Made by a program: the position numbers and the translations under genes | Assembly: GCA_010015805.1 (NCBI GenBank) | Contig: ML978121.1 | Location: 496,001-560,000 of the forward strand | Direction of reading: 5' to 3' | Length of the DNA stretch: 64,000 bases | Origin: Rhizodiscina lignyota | Taxonomy: Eukaryota | Shown: positions 12,090 through 23,995 of the stretch, one piece after another | How positions within the stretch are numbered: position 1 is the stretch's first letter | Layout: each line of letters begins with the position of its first letter | The notes under the pieces: generated by a model | The model's database searches: none | Seen by the model: only the letters and a program-made list of their open reading frames with translations | What the model was told of the DNA's origin: nothing

Positions 12090-13336
12090 GCCAAGGACTG
12101 AGCAGAGTTTCTTGGTTGGAGGAACGAAGGACTTGTCTTCAATGAAATCGTGTGTCCTGTATAAACAATAGATTGGCCTACCAGACTACGTGCGAATGTC
12201 TCTTCATATACTCTCGCACAGCTGACAATACCTACTCAACGTTATCTCATTCTCCACAATATAGAGCCGCCAAGTTCTTAGATATGCAATGGACACTTCG
12301 TCATTCGCTTGGCAACCATTGTGATGCCCGTCATAGAGCAACGCCGTCAACGGGTTGGTGTACTGGAAGCTTAGCATCGTCTTCTGGAAAGCCTTGGCTG
12401 TTGGCACGACGGTCAAGACGGACCGAATGGGAGGAAGGAGGAAGGTAATTCGCCACGCGTTCCCGCTCCTCTCGCTCCTCTCCGCTCGCGGGACAAGACA
12501 CCAAGCCACTCCGAGCCTTGGCTGAGTGGCGTGGCGGCTCAATAGCCCTCGGCAAGTTCTAGGCACGGTGGAAAACGGCGGAATGCTTTGAAAGCGTGTT
12601 CCGGTTAGCCGATTGAGTCCGCAGCCGAGTGGGCGTGAAGCTCTTGCAGAAGTTGCAGATGGAAAGAGCAGTGAGCAGTCGACTCGCGTGCTGAACTGAT
12701 CAGACGGATGAAGGTGGCGGTTTCTGATCAACTCAGCGGTGGCGGTCCGGGGGATTCAGAGGTGAAACCACGGTATATCTTCGGCACTGTCTCGCCCTCA
12801 TCTAGAACCGAGAAGCACAGCCCATCGTTAAACGAGTCCAAGTCCAAGCCCAAGTCCAAGTCCAGGTCTGGACTAGCCGCCTAGGCATCCCTGTGGGATA
12901 CCGAGACCTGACCAAGATCCCTGCTACGGTGCGTTCCCTGGAAAAGGGAGGTTCTCAATCGAGCCGCATGAACAAAGAAAATCTCCTTTCCTCTGCATCG
13001 CCGGTCGGTACAACAGCGCATAAAACGAGCATGTACAACGCCTTTAATAAAAGGGTATATTAAGCTGCTTAAGCGCCAGGCATCTTTGGCCGTGAAAACC
13101 ACCCGCTCCCCAAAATATACCCACTAAGCGCCTGTTTGAAGATTCCCCGCTCCCGCAGGGTGGTTGGTGGCGTCTGTCATGCAAGCGCCACGGCGCTGGT
13201 TCGAAAACTGGCCGCCGTCGCGGCCACCCGCCCAGATGGGATGTGGAAGGAAGGGAAATTTAAAAAATCGCCGAGCTAAGTCTCAGATGCCGAAATGTCA
13301 CGAAGCGAGCATGGGGGAAAGTGAGACAAGAGGCTG
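12090..13336. promoter_or_regulatory. ENA upstream region with clustered PacC (GCCARG) and Crz1-like sites
   Basis: GCCARG on either strand at 12090, 12269, 12308, 12393, 12517 and 13075; GCGGCTCA (GNGGCKCA) at 12534; GAGGCTG at 13330. Confidence 0.5.
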
Positions 13337-13643
13337 CGTGAACAGGTTATTGATTGGGTATTAAGTTCATCTATGTGATCTCTAAGTCTCATCTCTTCCT
13401 GTTCTCAATATCCAGGGTGATGATAAGTTATTTCCCCGAAGAGCTCGTCAAGCCGCGAAAGCGGTGCCTGACCACAGTTATCCAAGAAGCGCCGTGCCAT
13501 GCCATGCCATGCAGGTAGTAATGCTCAGGTCGCAGTCTGAGTTCGCCGCTCAGCGGCCCTCTCGTCGACGCGTCATGCCCGTGTTGCACATATGCTTCGT
13601 AGTCCTCTTTCCACTCCTCAAGAACAAAAGAAAATCGTGGGTC

Positions 13644-14702
13644 TCAGTAGGCCTGGGTCCTCTGGCCGTGCCCAAGCATGCGAGAAAAGAAGCCGGCACC
13701 TGAAGTCTTGAGCTTCTTGCTCTTCTCGAACTGATCTGCCATTGGAGGCAGATGATGAACGCTCTTTTCCTTGAGCTGGGATTGCTCAATGTAGCGTGGG
13801 ACCATGACCTCTTCACTGACCACAGACGGACAGTAAGAGTCGTAGGGGTCAGCGTTGACGCTAGCTGGGGAGTTGATGCTAGTGACTGATGATGCATCGC
13901 TGTGCGCGGAGGCAGAAGAGTTGCTGCGGGTTGGAGGCGATAGCGACGGTGTACGAGAGGATGCCCGGGATGATGTTGCGTAGTGTTGCTGGATGATGTA
14001 GGATTGGCGCAGATCCGCAGCAGCACGTTGAGCTGCGAGCATCCGCGCTTGCTGAACCTCCCACTCGCGCTGTTGCTCGAGCTGGAGGCGTGCGTGCTCT
14101 TCTGCCTTGGCAGCCATCTTCATCCTAATGGGAGCGAGGAATGGTTCCAGGTGGAGGTACAGGTCTTCGGGCCGTATCGTCATGTCCCAGTCAAGAAGGA
14201 AGAGGAGCTGCTTCTCCATGAGATTCACCTCCGTGATGCTGAAGCCGAAGTTCTCGAAGCCACGGATTGCAGAGTAGCGTGCCCAGTGCTTGTTCTTTGG
14301 ACTCGAGTCATTGAGGTTCTTGGCCGCCAGGATGAGAGAAGCCAGGAAGATTCGGTGAACGGTACAGCGCATTCCCTTTGCCATTGGCGGCAATCGGGCT
14401 TTGAGTCGAGACAGGTAAACAAGGGAGGTCATGAGAGTTGGGACCTGGACATGTGACCGGTCAACCAACGAGGCGATGAACTCTTCCACCGATGGCAGTG
14501 AAGGATCCGTCGATGTTGCGCTAGTGTCCTCTGGAGATGCGGGCGGTGTCGGGAGTTGTTTTTGTGATTGTGTCTGATCACATCGAATAACCTGTGAAGC
14601 CTTCCTTGAGAGATACGAAATCATCTCACGTGAGACAGGGAGCTGCACGAAGTAGTCCAGGGCAGCCTCGTTCTGCTGTGCAGTGGGTACCGGATACGCC
14701 AT
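13644..14702 (-). CDS. Pho85-type cyclin (Pcl1/Pcl2, PclA-like), single exon
   Basis: Cyclin box [33 protein letters not shown]...[31 protein letters not shown]...[19 protein letters not shown] at 14702. Confidence 0.9.
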   Translation of the reverse strand: MAYPVPTAQQNEAALDYFVQLPVSREMISYLSRKASQVIRCDQTQSQKQLPTPPASPEDTSATSTDPSLPSVEEFIASLVDRSHVQVPTLMTSLVYLSRLKARLPPMAKGMRCTVHRIFLASLILAAKNLNDSSPKNKHWARYSAIRGFENFGFSITEVNLMEKQLLFLLDWDMTIRPEDLYLHLEPFLAPIRMKMAAKAEEHARLQLEQQREWEVQQARMLAAQRAAADLRQSYIIQQHYATSSRASSRTPSLSPPTRSNSSASAHSDASSVTSINSPASVNADPYDSYCPSVVSEEVMVPRYIEQSQLKEKSVHHLPPMADQFEKSKKLKTSGAGFFSRMLGHGQRTQAY

Positions 14703-17700
14703 GGTCGCAGAAGTGGTTGCGTTGAAAGTGAGGAAAAGCTTTTTCGGAAGTAGAAATGTGCTTTGTAAACAAAAGCAATGTGTGGCGGCGTGTGTCAATA
14801 GATGTGATGCGGTGTTGCAAGGATCTATTTGATGTGTGTCGGCGGATATTGTCTAAGCAGGCAACAATATATGCAACAAGATGTCGACTGAAATGTAAGA
14901 CAATAAATGGCGTCGATAAATGGCGATGAAGATCAGCGAGGTGAATAAGATATTAAAGAATAGTTAATGATTGTTGGAAGGTGATGATACGGTGTGAGGC
15001 AGAATGCTGAGTTACAAGGTCGACTTGGTGGCAGCGACGGACAGGCAGGTATCCACGAGGCTGGAGGAATTAGGTATAAAAGTTGTCCGACCGGCGGAAG
15101 ATGGTGAAAAATTGGTGCAGTAGTGCAAAGAGCCTTGGACGAAGAGGGTATGTAGTGATCGAGGCGCCGCCCGCGAGTGTGGTCGTTGTAGGCAAGTGGA
15201 AGTGGTGGGAGGAGGACGCCGAAGGCTTAGCCAGGGCGGAGTGGTCGAGACTGCGGGGGGTAGAAGCGGATGGATGCAAGGCTGCAAATATGCAAAAGTG
15301 AATGAGCAGACCTCGAGCAAGGCGACGATGATGCTTAAGTATCAGCTCGATGCCACACCCCTTGAGCTCGCGGTAGGGATGCAAAAGAAGGGCAGCTCAG
15401 ACACTTGAGCGGTTCTTGAAGGGATAGAGATGCAGCGGCGGAGGGCGGGTTGATTGGCTGAGAGGCTTGCTGGATAGAGGCGCACCCTGGCACGCAGCGT
15501 TAACGAGGCCCTGCCAATGGCCGTGTGGTTGGCTGTCTCAGCGCCTCCCTAGCCCTGGGCGAAAGTGGGTGCAGAGCCACGGGAGCGTTGGCAGCCTGCG
15601 AAACTGTGCGGCGTGTTTCAAGATCTTCACGCTCTGCCGGCCTGTTCGATGAGATTTCTGCCGTTTGCGGGACGGCTGCCAGGGCCCAGGGTGAACTGCA
15701 GACGCTCTGGCGGCCAATGTGTGGTGTCGTTTGGAGCGGTGTCGTTTCGACCTTTCTCGCTCGTTTGAGGTGGATGCCTGTCGCTGCAAGGACGCTCTCC
15801 TCAGGCTCCGGTCGACGAAAATTCGGTCGCGGGCCAGGAGGCGTGCCGCGGATGCTGGGCGATTCGGCCTGCTTCGTGGGTCTGCTGGATTTGTGACACC
15901 TCTCTACGAAGGAGTCATGCTCTGCAGTATGCAGGTGCTGTGTAATGTGCGGGGGGCGAGTGGGCGATGGAGTTTTGTGACCTGGTAGCGGATGTGCTGG
16001 CAGGCGATGTCAGGTCTTCGCTCTTCGAAGAGTGTGAGAGAGTTGACGGGCGCCATTACGACGACGGCACGGCATCTTATGATGGTGGTGCAGCGCGAGG
16101 AAGTGGATGGCGTGGTCTTTGCCATCTTCTAGCCACGCCGCATTCTAGCTGACGACGATGGTGATGCACCAGCCTCCTTACCTGCTTTGCGCTCTATACA
16201 GGCCCAACCCCCGGAGATCCCGACAATCTTTACGATCTTTGCGACCAAAGTGGCTGGTGCTATTGCAATGCAATATTGAAAGGAACAGCGCGCCCCTGCG
16301 ATGCCATGTGAGCGGGATTGCTGCTGGCCGCCAGGTTTGCGGCGTGGAGGAAACCTGCTGCGGAGTGCGCAACGCCTTTCCCCATGCGGCGCGACGCTCA
16401 GCCACAGCCAGAAGTCTGCTGCAAATTCTTCCCAGTGGCCAACCACCTCCACCACCCTCTGCATTCTCAGCTACGAGACTCGAGAAGAATGTGCTAGACT
16501 CTCTTCCCCGGATGGCGATCCCGCTTTCATCTCTGCCCGAGAGTCTTTGCTCCCTCGCAGGCCCTTCGTCCAGCACGCGCAAGCCGATGAGGCGGTGCCA
16601 TTGGCCCACCCAGCAAATGTCTCAATTCCAGCTATCTGATGACCAGCACCCGTGGCCCACGACGCCAGTCAGCCAGGAGGTTAAGCTCATGCTGGCAGCA
16701 GCGCAATCTTCGCCCGACCCTCTCTTGCTGGTCGCTTGAATGCTCTTCCACTCTCCTCGCCAATCATGCGCTTCTGTCGCCGTCCGACTGATGCCGACAC
16801 GATCGCCTCATCAAGCGCTGCACCGCCTCATTGAAAGGGAGCTCTTCACCCGTCAAGTCAATCATTGCCTCAGCAGTGCTCAGCACGGAAATGTGTTTGC
16901 GGAGAAGCATTGTCGCAAGTATTTTGGTCATTAGCAAAGCTTTGTTCCGGTTTACACCCATACGCGCTCATGCAGCCGCCAGGACAACGACAAAGTCACC
17001 GGCGGCGATGCATCGTGCGCGCCCAACCGCCTATTCATTGTTACTTCGAAGCCTCAGGTCTAATAAAAAGCAATGATATTATTACAGTAGCACAAGCGAT
17101 GCGCCGAGCACGGCCGACTCTAATCTACCGGATGGTCTCACTCGCTTGCTTTGTTCTAGAGGTGCCACGACCGCCGGCAAAATGCACGACTGTTTCATTC
17201 GGGATGCCTATCAACGGCCTGCTCCAATTCCGGACGCTTCTCCACCAGCTACCCGTTTCGTAAACTTCTAGAAACTTTTGAGGCGCGGGCGTTTCTGCGG
17301 GCCTTTGCCAGCTCTGTGCCAGCGCTTAACGGAACGTGGGGGCCTGGCCACCTTATGCATGTCATTATCCTCCGATGATGTTTCAACTGTCCTTGATCGT
17401 CACTCGTCAGACGCTGAGGACTTTGTTCAAATTGCAGGTGAGCCCCTCCTCAATTAATGTTTTGCTTCCATTGTGTCGCTTTCCAGCATATGCTATTCTT
17501 GCAATACCCCCCAATAGACGCCAGCAAATCGCCATCGGACGGCAAACCACACTTCTGTTTTGGTTCCATCGACGATTGGATGAAGCAATCTGCTTGCGAC
17601 TTCGAATGCGGCCACCGGTCCCTGACCTATTACTTCATCTCTTGCTTACAATGTATGTCGTCGCCCGCTTTATCCAAGACAGAGGGACAAGGTTTACAAT

Positions 17701-17987
17701 GCTGTGAAGTCTTAGCAAATGTTTGTCTGCAAGCATCAAGGCACCAGCCTGAAGGCGTAGGAGATAAACATTGCGAGTAGTGAGAGTGAATTCCGCTCAA
17801 TGCCAATCCAGCTGACAGCAATCGCTTTACCCTCGTCGGACACAAACACTTTTTGACATGCACAAACTCGAGCACTTCACATCAACATTTCTTCATTTCC
17901 CTCACTGATATCAAGTGTAATTTCTTTCCTGTCTTCATTTGCGTATACTTCTTCTATGTTTTTGTTTTTTGATGTCGTACAGTTGTG

Positions 17988-18988
17988 TCATCGCTTTCTT
18001 GTTGCATAGCATTGAATGGTACCGCTGGGACCCCATTGCGGTGCATAAACTTCTGCGTCTTTCCCAGTGTTCTTGATTCCCTTATGCCAGCTCAGGTCTA
18101 GTGGTGTCAGTGCTATTGTTAAGAGTATCTGGAAGCTGCACTTACTAATCTCAAAGTAATGTTTGTTTGGCAACTCATATCGCACCCCATCAACACCGGG
18201 CACTGCAGCAAGGATAGAGCACGCCATTTTGTATGTGGTATCCTGTACGCTGGCACTGTCCTCGTCTGCAAATGTCTTCATCGTAATCCTGCGCGCCGAT
18301 TCCCACGCACTGTCGAAGTCTTTGTTGGCCTCGACCGCCTCAAAGGTTGGGAACGGTGCCCACTCCCACGTGCAATCCACTGATGTACTCAGCACTCGGT
18401 CCCACGTTTCTGGCAGGGTCGTATATTCGTCCTTGACATAGCCATGGAACTGTGATCCTGTGCTCTTGAGCACGAGCATCCCTTTGATGCCAGATGTGAT
18501 GGTGGTTGGACCATTCTCTTCGATGCGAGCTTCGACAGTGCGAGTCTCTTCTCCATCTCGGATGAACGAATGTGGATGCGGAACGCCATCGAAGACCATT
18601 CTCGTCCAGCGATGAACGGTTATCGAGACGGACGTCGCATGGATGTGAGGATATGTTGTGTTGAAGTGCTTCCCTATGAGTGCTGCAAAGTATTCGGGAG
18701 GGGTGACCGCATGCTCCTTGGCAAGGATGTAAACAGTATTCTTAATCGAGTCAGTCGCTACGATTGGTGTGTTGTCGGCATGTGTCCAGCTGCAGGCAAT
18801 ATCTCAGATTCAGCCGTTTCTTTCTTTCTATCGGGATTCTCATACGAGGCTTCAATTTCTCCTTCCAACATCACATTCAACGTCATTTCACACACGTCCT
18901 GTACGCCGGTTTCCGCATTCCGCATCACCTTGTACACTCGAACAGTGTGCTTGCCATAGCGGGCAAGCTCAAGATTGAACTGATCCAT
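17988..18988 (-). CDS. uaZ: Urate oxidase (uricase)-family protein, divergent, without C-terminal PTS1 (introns 18790-18845, 18098-18145)
   Basis: Spliced: ARYGKHTVRVYKV...LEGEIEASWTHADNTPIVATDSIKNT...VLKSTGSQFHGY..DEYTTLPETWDRVLST...SASVQ...LPNKHYF. Catalytic Lys, Thr, Arg, Gln, Asn and His equivalents are present. Protein ends YATRKR. Confidence 0.92.
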
Positions 18989-19433
18989 GATTGATTTTCC
19001 GGCCACGGTATTCTACGCTACCTTCCCATGCCTTCAACTTTGGACATGTCGCGCGTACTTAGCTTTGGCAAGCGCGTCGGAGTTCAGCGATGGTCGTGCT
19101 GAGTAGCCGCAATATGATCAGCTTCGAGATGGAATTTTAGTCACAAGGGCCGATTTCGGGTAGCAAGGCAGCCAGCTTCCGCACCCAAGTTGGACAACTC
19201 TTCCGAACACCGATTTCCACCGACTTGGCCACTGAACGCTCTTCCGATCCAGGCAGGCCGATTCTGATAGGGCCACACGGGAAATGCAAGGCACCCCTGC
19301 GTCCCCTCCGCACGCTGCCCTGCATTTCCTTATCTCTATCGCGACTCGTCAACAACGTCTATACAATATGGAACGCGCGATAGGAAGCAATCAACCGACT
19401 CTCTCTACAGCTTCACGAAGGATGCAAGGAACA

Positions 19434-19447
19434 TCGGAGGCCGCCGA
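19434..19447. promoter_or_regulatory. UaY/Ppr1-type Zn2Cys6 binding palindrome TCGG-N6-CCGA
   Basis: CA-TCGG-AGGCCG-CCGA-TG, an exact consensus with an extended palindrome, in the uricase/monooxygenase divergent promoter. A one-mismatch copy TCGG-AGTTCA-GCGA lies at 19077-19090. Confidence 0.6.
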
Positions 19448-19603
19448 TGGAGTTGTCGTGGCCTTCTTTGTTCCGAACTTTCTCGGCTCACACACGGGCA
19501 TTACCATTTCGAGATGACGACCGCCGACATTAAATGTTTCTGAGATGATACAGATGGCGAAGTTGATGTTCCCTGTGCCATCCTGGAAATTTTAGGAATT
19601 AAC

Positions 19604-21052
19604 ATGGCTGAAGAAAAGGTACGCGGAATTTTCTCACCTTTGCCTTTATGCTACACCTCAATTGCTCATTTACAATTGCACAGAAAACATACGACGTCAT
19701 TATTGTAGGCGCAGGTCCGGTCGGGCTCCTCGTTGCCCTGCGCCTAGGACAGCAAGGCATTCCAACGCTGGTGCTGGAAGCCCATCATGAGCTATTACCA
19801 ACGACGCGCGCGATGGTGTACATGCCAATGATCAACCGATGTCTCCACGAGCTGGGCCTGACGGAAACGATACAAAAGAACGCGTTCCTTAACCACGATG
19901 GTGTTGTCTGGCGCGACATAGAAGGCAACAAGCTCGCACAATTACCTCTGTCGCCGGAGGAGGGCGGCCAGTTTGGCGGGACGTACCAAATCGGCCAGGC
20001 GCGCATGAACCAATTGATCCTCACGGAGCTCATGAAGTGTGCCAGCGTAGACGTCAAGTTTGGCCTCCGCTGCGTGGGCATCGAAGACGACGCGTCCGCG
20101 GAGACCATCAAGGTCATGGCGCATCAATTGGGCCTTCCGGACGGCGACCTCTTCTTCGAAGGAAAGTACGTCCTTGGCGCCGACGGCAACGCAAGCGCCG
20201 TCCGCCGCATGATGTGCATCCCCTTCGACGGCTACACGTTCGCCGAGTTCAAGATGATCGGCATGGACATCCTGTTCGACTTTGGGAAGGAGTTCGACTG
20301 GACCCCGCTGAACTTCTTCGTCAACCCGGACGAGTGGGGCATAGTTGCGTTCACGGGGCAGCATGGAGGCGCGGCGCATGCCCCAGAGGACAAGCGGCCG
20401 CAGTGGAGAGTCGCGTTTGTGGAGCCGGTGGATCTCCCCACCGGGACCGAAGAATATATTAAGAGAGGGAGACTAAGGATTAAGAATTACCTGAAGGACA
20501 GGACAGACTACGAGATTGTGCGGGCGGAGAGCTATTGGCTGCATCAGAGGTGTGCGGCAAAGGCACGGAAAGGGAGGGTAATGCTCGCTGGGGACGCTCT
20601 ACATGTGAGTCCTCTCTATTGGGATCTATTCTGATATATATAAGCTAATGACGGGACAGTCCAACAACCCCATCGGCGGCCTCGGCCTCACCGGCGGCAT
20701 CCTCGACGCATTTGTCTACGGCAACGCGCTCACGCGCGTCCTGAAGCACGGCGAGCCGGACTCTGTCCTGACCGACTGCGCAACCTCAAGGCGAGACGCG
20801 TGGCTGAACGCGACGGCGAAGTTCGCGCTAGGCAACCTGCACAGGCTCGCAGACGCCGAGGGCGAGCAGGCGGAGGCGAGGAAGGAGTTCTTCGACAAGC
20901 TGAACAACGACCCGGGCTTCCCGAAGGCGTTCCGGAAGAACTTGGACAGCATGATGCCCGAGACGTTTGAGCTCAAGAGCGCGCCGATGCCGGAGAAGAT
21001 GATGCCGGAGACGTTTGAAATTCCGGTGAAGACGGTCGACGTGGCGGGTTAG
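19604..21052 (+). CDS. FAD-dependent monooxygenase (class A aromatic hydroxylase, FAD_binding_3 type) (introns 19619-19683, 20605-20659)
   Basis: DVIIVGAGPVGL (GxGxxG), YVLGADGNASAVRR (DG motif), GRVMLAGDALH|SNNPIGGLGLTGGILDA (GD motif). Confidence 0.9.
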
Positions 21053-21776
21053 TGTACTACATAGCATTGTCGGCGTCTAGTTTACTTCAGCGGAGGCCTG
21101 CTCTCTTCAGACCTGCCAGAATGAGATGCAATGAGCTCTTTCAATCAAGACCCTTTAACAATACGAAGAACTTTTGCCATGTCGAACTCATCCATCACTC
21201 GCTGACGAATCGGAATGCGTATGTAAGTACCTCTTTGGTGTCGGACGAGTCGATTAGAGGGTTAAGACAAATATCCCCTCAGCATTTTGATGATCTGGAC
21301 CATATTTGATCGGTGTTTCGCTGGGTCGAGGAGCTCTTGTGCAAGGATGGAGCACGGAAGCTGGGGTTGGAGAGAGTTGATGAGGACCCCTGAATGGACC
21401 ATCTCTAAATCAGGCAATGCCTTGATGACATAAAAGGTGCAGGATCCTTCAACGTTCGACATCGATCGTATTTGAAGCGAAAGGTCTACCAAGCCTGAAA
21501 CCAGAAGAAAGATGGAAGCTAAGCACGAGGATATGGATAGGTCCAATGCACATCTACACTACAAGATGACCGACTGTGTGCCTATTTAGAGGCACGAGCG
21601 CCCAGCGTTGAAGACAACAGAGAGACCTGCCAACGCCAACCAATGCGAATGACCTTCTGTCACCATTAGAGCCTGGATATTGTCAACTGAAGAAACCGCC
21701 CACTCGGCCGCTACGGCCAAGAGCGTACAGCAAGAGGTCGGATGTGTTTGTGTTCCGCAGTAGCATCAACACAACA

Positions 21777-22584
21777 TTAATAGTCGACTCCCGGAACCTC
21801 CAGCTTGCCCTCTCGCTCTTCGACATAATCAACCAAATCCTCTATTGTGCAGACTTTGATTCCCCATTTGCGCCCGAATTCGAGACAATCGTCTCTTCTC
21901 ATCATCCTGCCTCCGGAGAAAGCAGTCTTGCCTGAAATCGGCTCGCCGTCCATTATCATCTCACAAATCACTCCAGCCGGCTGTTTGCCTGCCAATCTAC
22001 ATAGCTCGACCGCCGCTTCTGTGTGGCCATAGCGGGCCCGTATGCCGCCTTCTCGCGCCTGTAGTGGTAATATGTGCCCTGGCCGTCTGAAACTGGAGGC
22101 AGTGGCAGTAGGAGATGCAAGCGTTCGAACTGTATGCGCTCTGTCTTGCGCGGATATTCCGGTTGAGACGTCTGGCCCCAGTGCGTCAATCGTGACTGTG
22201 TAGGCGGTGCGATTCGGGTCGGCGTTATTGACGACCATGGCAGGCAATTCGAGTAGGTCGGCACGCGATTTTGGGACGGGAGCGCAAATATAGCCCGAGG
22301 TATAACGTATCATGAAAGCCATCTTCTCGGTAGTGACATGCTCGGCGGCAATTATGAGATCGCCTTCATTCTCCCGATGTGCGCTGTCAAGGACGACGAC
22401 GAACTCTCCTCTAGCTGTCAATTAATCCCGTCAGCACAGACCCCTCACAGTCGATGGTATAGGACCTACAGAAAGCCTCGATTGTGTCTTCTATCGTGTC
22501 AAAGGACTCTTTCGCCAGTGTCTCGTGAGAGCCATTGACGCCATTGGCAGCGCCGTTCGTCACGGCGGCCACCCTCGAAACCAT
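21777..22584 (-). CDS. RIB3: 3,4-dihydroxy-2-butanone-4-phosphate synthase (intron 22415-22469)
   Basis: FDTIEDTIEAF|SRGEFVVVLDSAHRENEGDLI, TAYTVTID, TGISAQDRA, RRPGHILPL, RYGHTEAAVEL. Confidence 0.95.
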
Positions 22585-23995
22585 TGTGCGCTAAAGATGG
22601 AGCAAGACTGTTGTATCAAGGCCAGACGATGAAGGTTCTTAAAGACGCTTCTTTTCACGGAATTGAATCTGCGCCGTCAACCGGATGGCGCGCTCTCGGG
22701 CCTTCCGGGCGAATTCTTTTGTCAGCGATTATGAGAGCCACAGCGGAATTGGATTGCAGTGCGCTTAAGCGGTGGGCCTCCTTGGTGTTAAGTGACGTCG
22801 GTTCATATGGTAGCACAGTTAGAGAGCAGAAGTGATGGTTTGTGAGCAGTGGGGGAGGCATCTTCGCACGAGTGGAGTGGTGTCCTTTGATGATGTGTGA
22901 CTCCCGACGAGACCCTGGCGCCGAGATTCATCGACCGACTTCGATGAACGACCCCTCGGCCCATGTGGGATTAGTCACCCACCTTGTTCTTGAACTTCTT
23001 CGGAGCCGCTGCCCTCAGAAGCGCTCAATTGTCTGCGGAGTTGCGTCAAGCATCATGTACGCCTCGTACGAACCCGGGTGCCAGGGACAGACTCTAGGCC
23101 GTTCCCTTGCACTTGATCGACTCCAGGAATCGCCTTGCACTCTCCGCCATCGGAACTGGCCCCTGGCGAACTCCACATCAATTGCTCCCGATGCGTTCAA
23201 GTCATGCATACGAGTCTCTCATAGTGAGGGGCCTGGAGCGGAGAGAGTTAAACGATGTTCACGAATGCACGTCTAATCATCTTCGACCTTTGTCCCAACA
23301 CGTACCGAGGCAATAAGCTTGTGATATATCACCATTCACCTCCGAGGGGAACATAAGTGGAGTGTCTAATCTTTCTAAATTTCTCTATCGTGAGATCAAT
23401 AGTTGAGCTGCTGTAGAATCCTACCATCCTTATCTAGCCGACTTGAATTACTTTGATCCTTTTGCCATGTGTTCATCTTTACCCTCTGCTTCCATGTAGA
23501 CTGACAAAGTCGAAGTTTTGTGAACTTGTGTGCAAAGGCTATGTTCGATTAGAACCGGAATCCACTCATATAGCTTGCGCTGACTTGCGCAGATTTGAGA
23601 GTCTGGCCGCTAGAGCTTCATTGCTCGGGCCCACATCGTAGGAAGAGACACAATGCTTCAGCTTCCTCACTCAATTCGGAGGGGACCGTACCATAACCGG
23701 TAATACGACGATTCACCGGCTTCAGCTTCTTCGACTGGGAGCATCTAATATTTGGAGGTGCGTTATTTCTGCCAGTTCACTGTGTTCTAGCAAGATCATA
23801 CAGTATGGTGAAGCGCTATTTTAGCTACCTTCCTCTCATTTATCAAGGTAGCGTGCAGCTTGATGGAATCATCCGCCGCAGTCACTTCATCCTTGATCAA
23901 GTGAGTCGAAGCCTTTCGTATGAGATTTGTCGTGCGCGCCATTTCCAATATAAGAGTTAACTATATATATTCAACGAAAAGGGTTCAATTTAAGT

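Noticed and set aside
12835..12866. (AAGTCC)n-like hexamer run; also short tandem duplications at about 1981-2000 and 43692-43715 and a GA-rich tract at about 30182-30220
   Set aside because: These are ordinary microsatellites or slippage products, with no spacer structure or terminal repeats (not CRISPR or a transposon).
14800..17900. Many overlapping 60-190 aa ORFs upstream of the cyclin, and likewise at 33400-35500
   Set aside because: These are GC-rich regulatory/5' regions of regulatory genes, with no codon bias, splice pattern or domain support.
21777..22584. RIB3 next to the FAD monooxygenase as a flavin-supply partner
   Set aside because: RIB3 is a universal housekeeping gene in convergent orientation; adjacency alone is not evidence.
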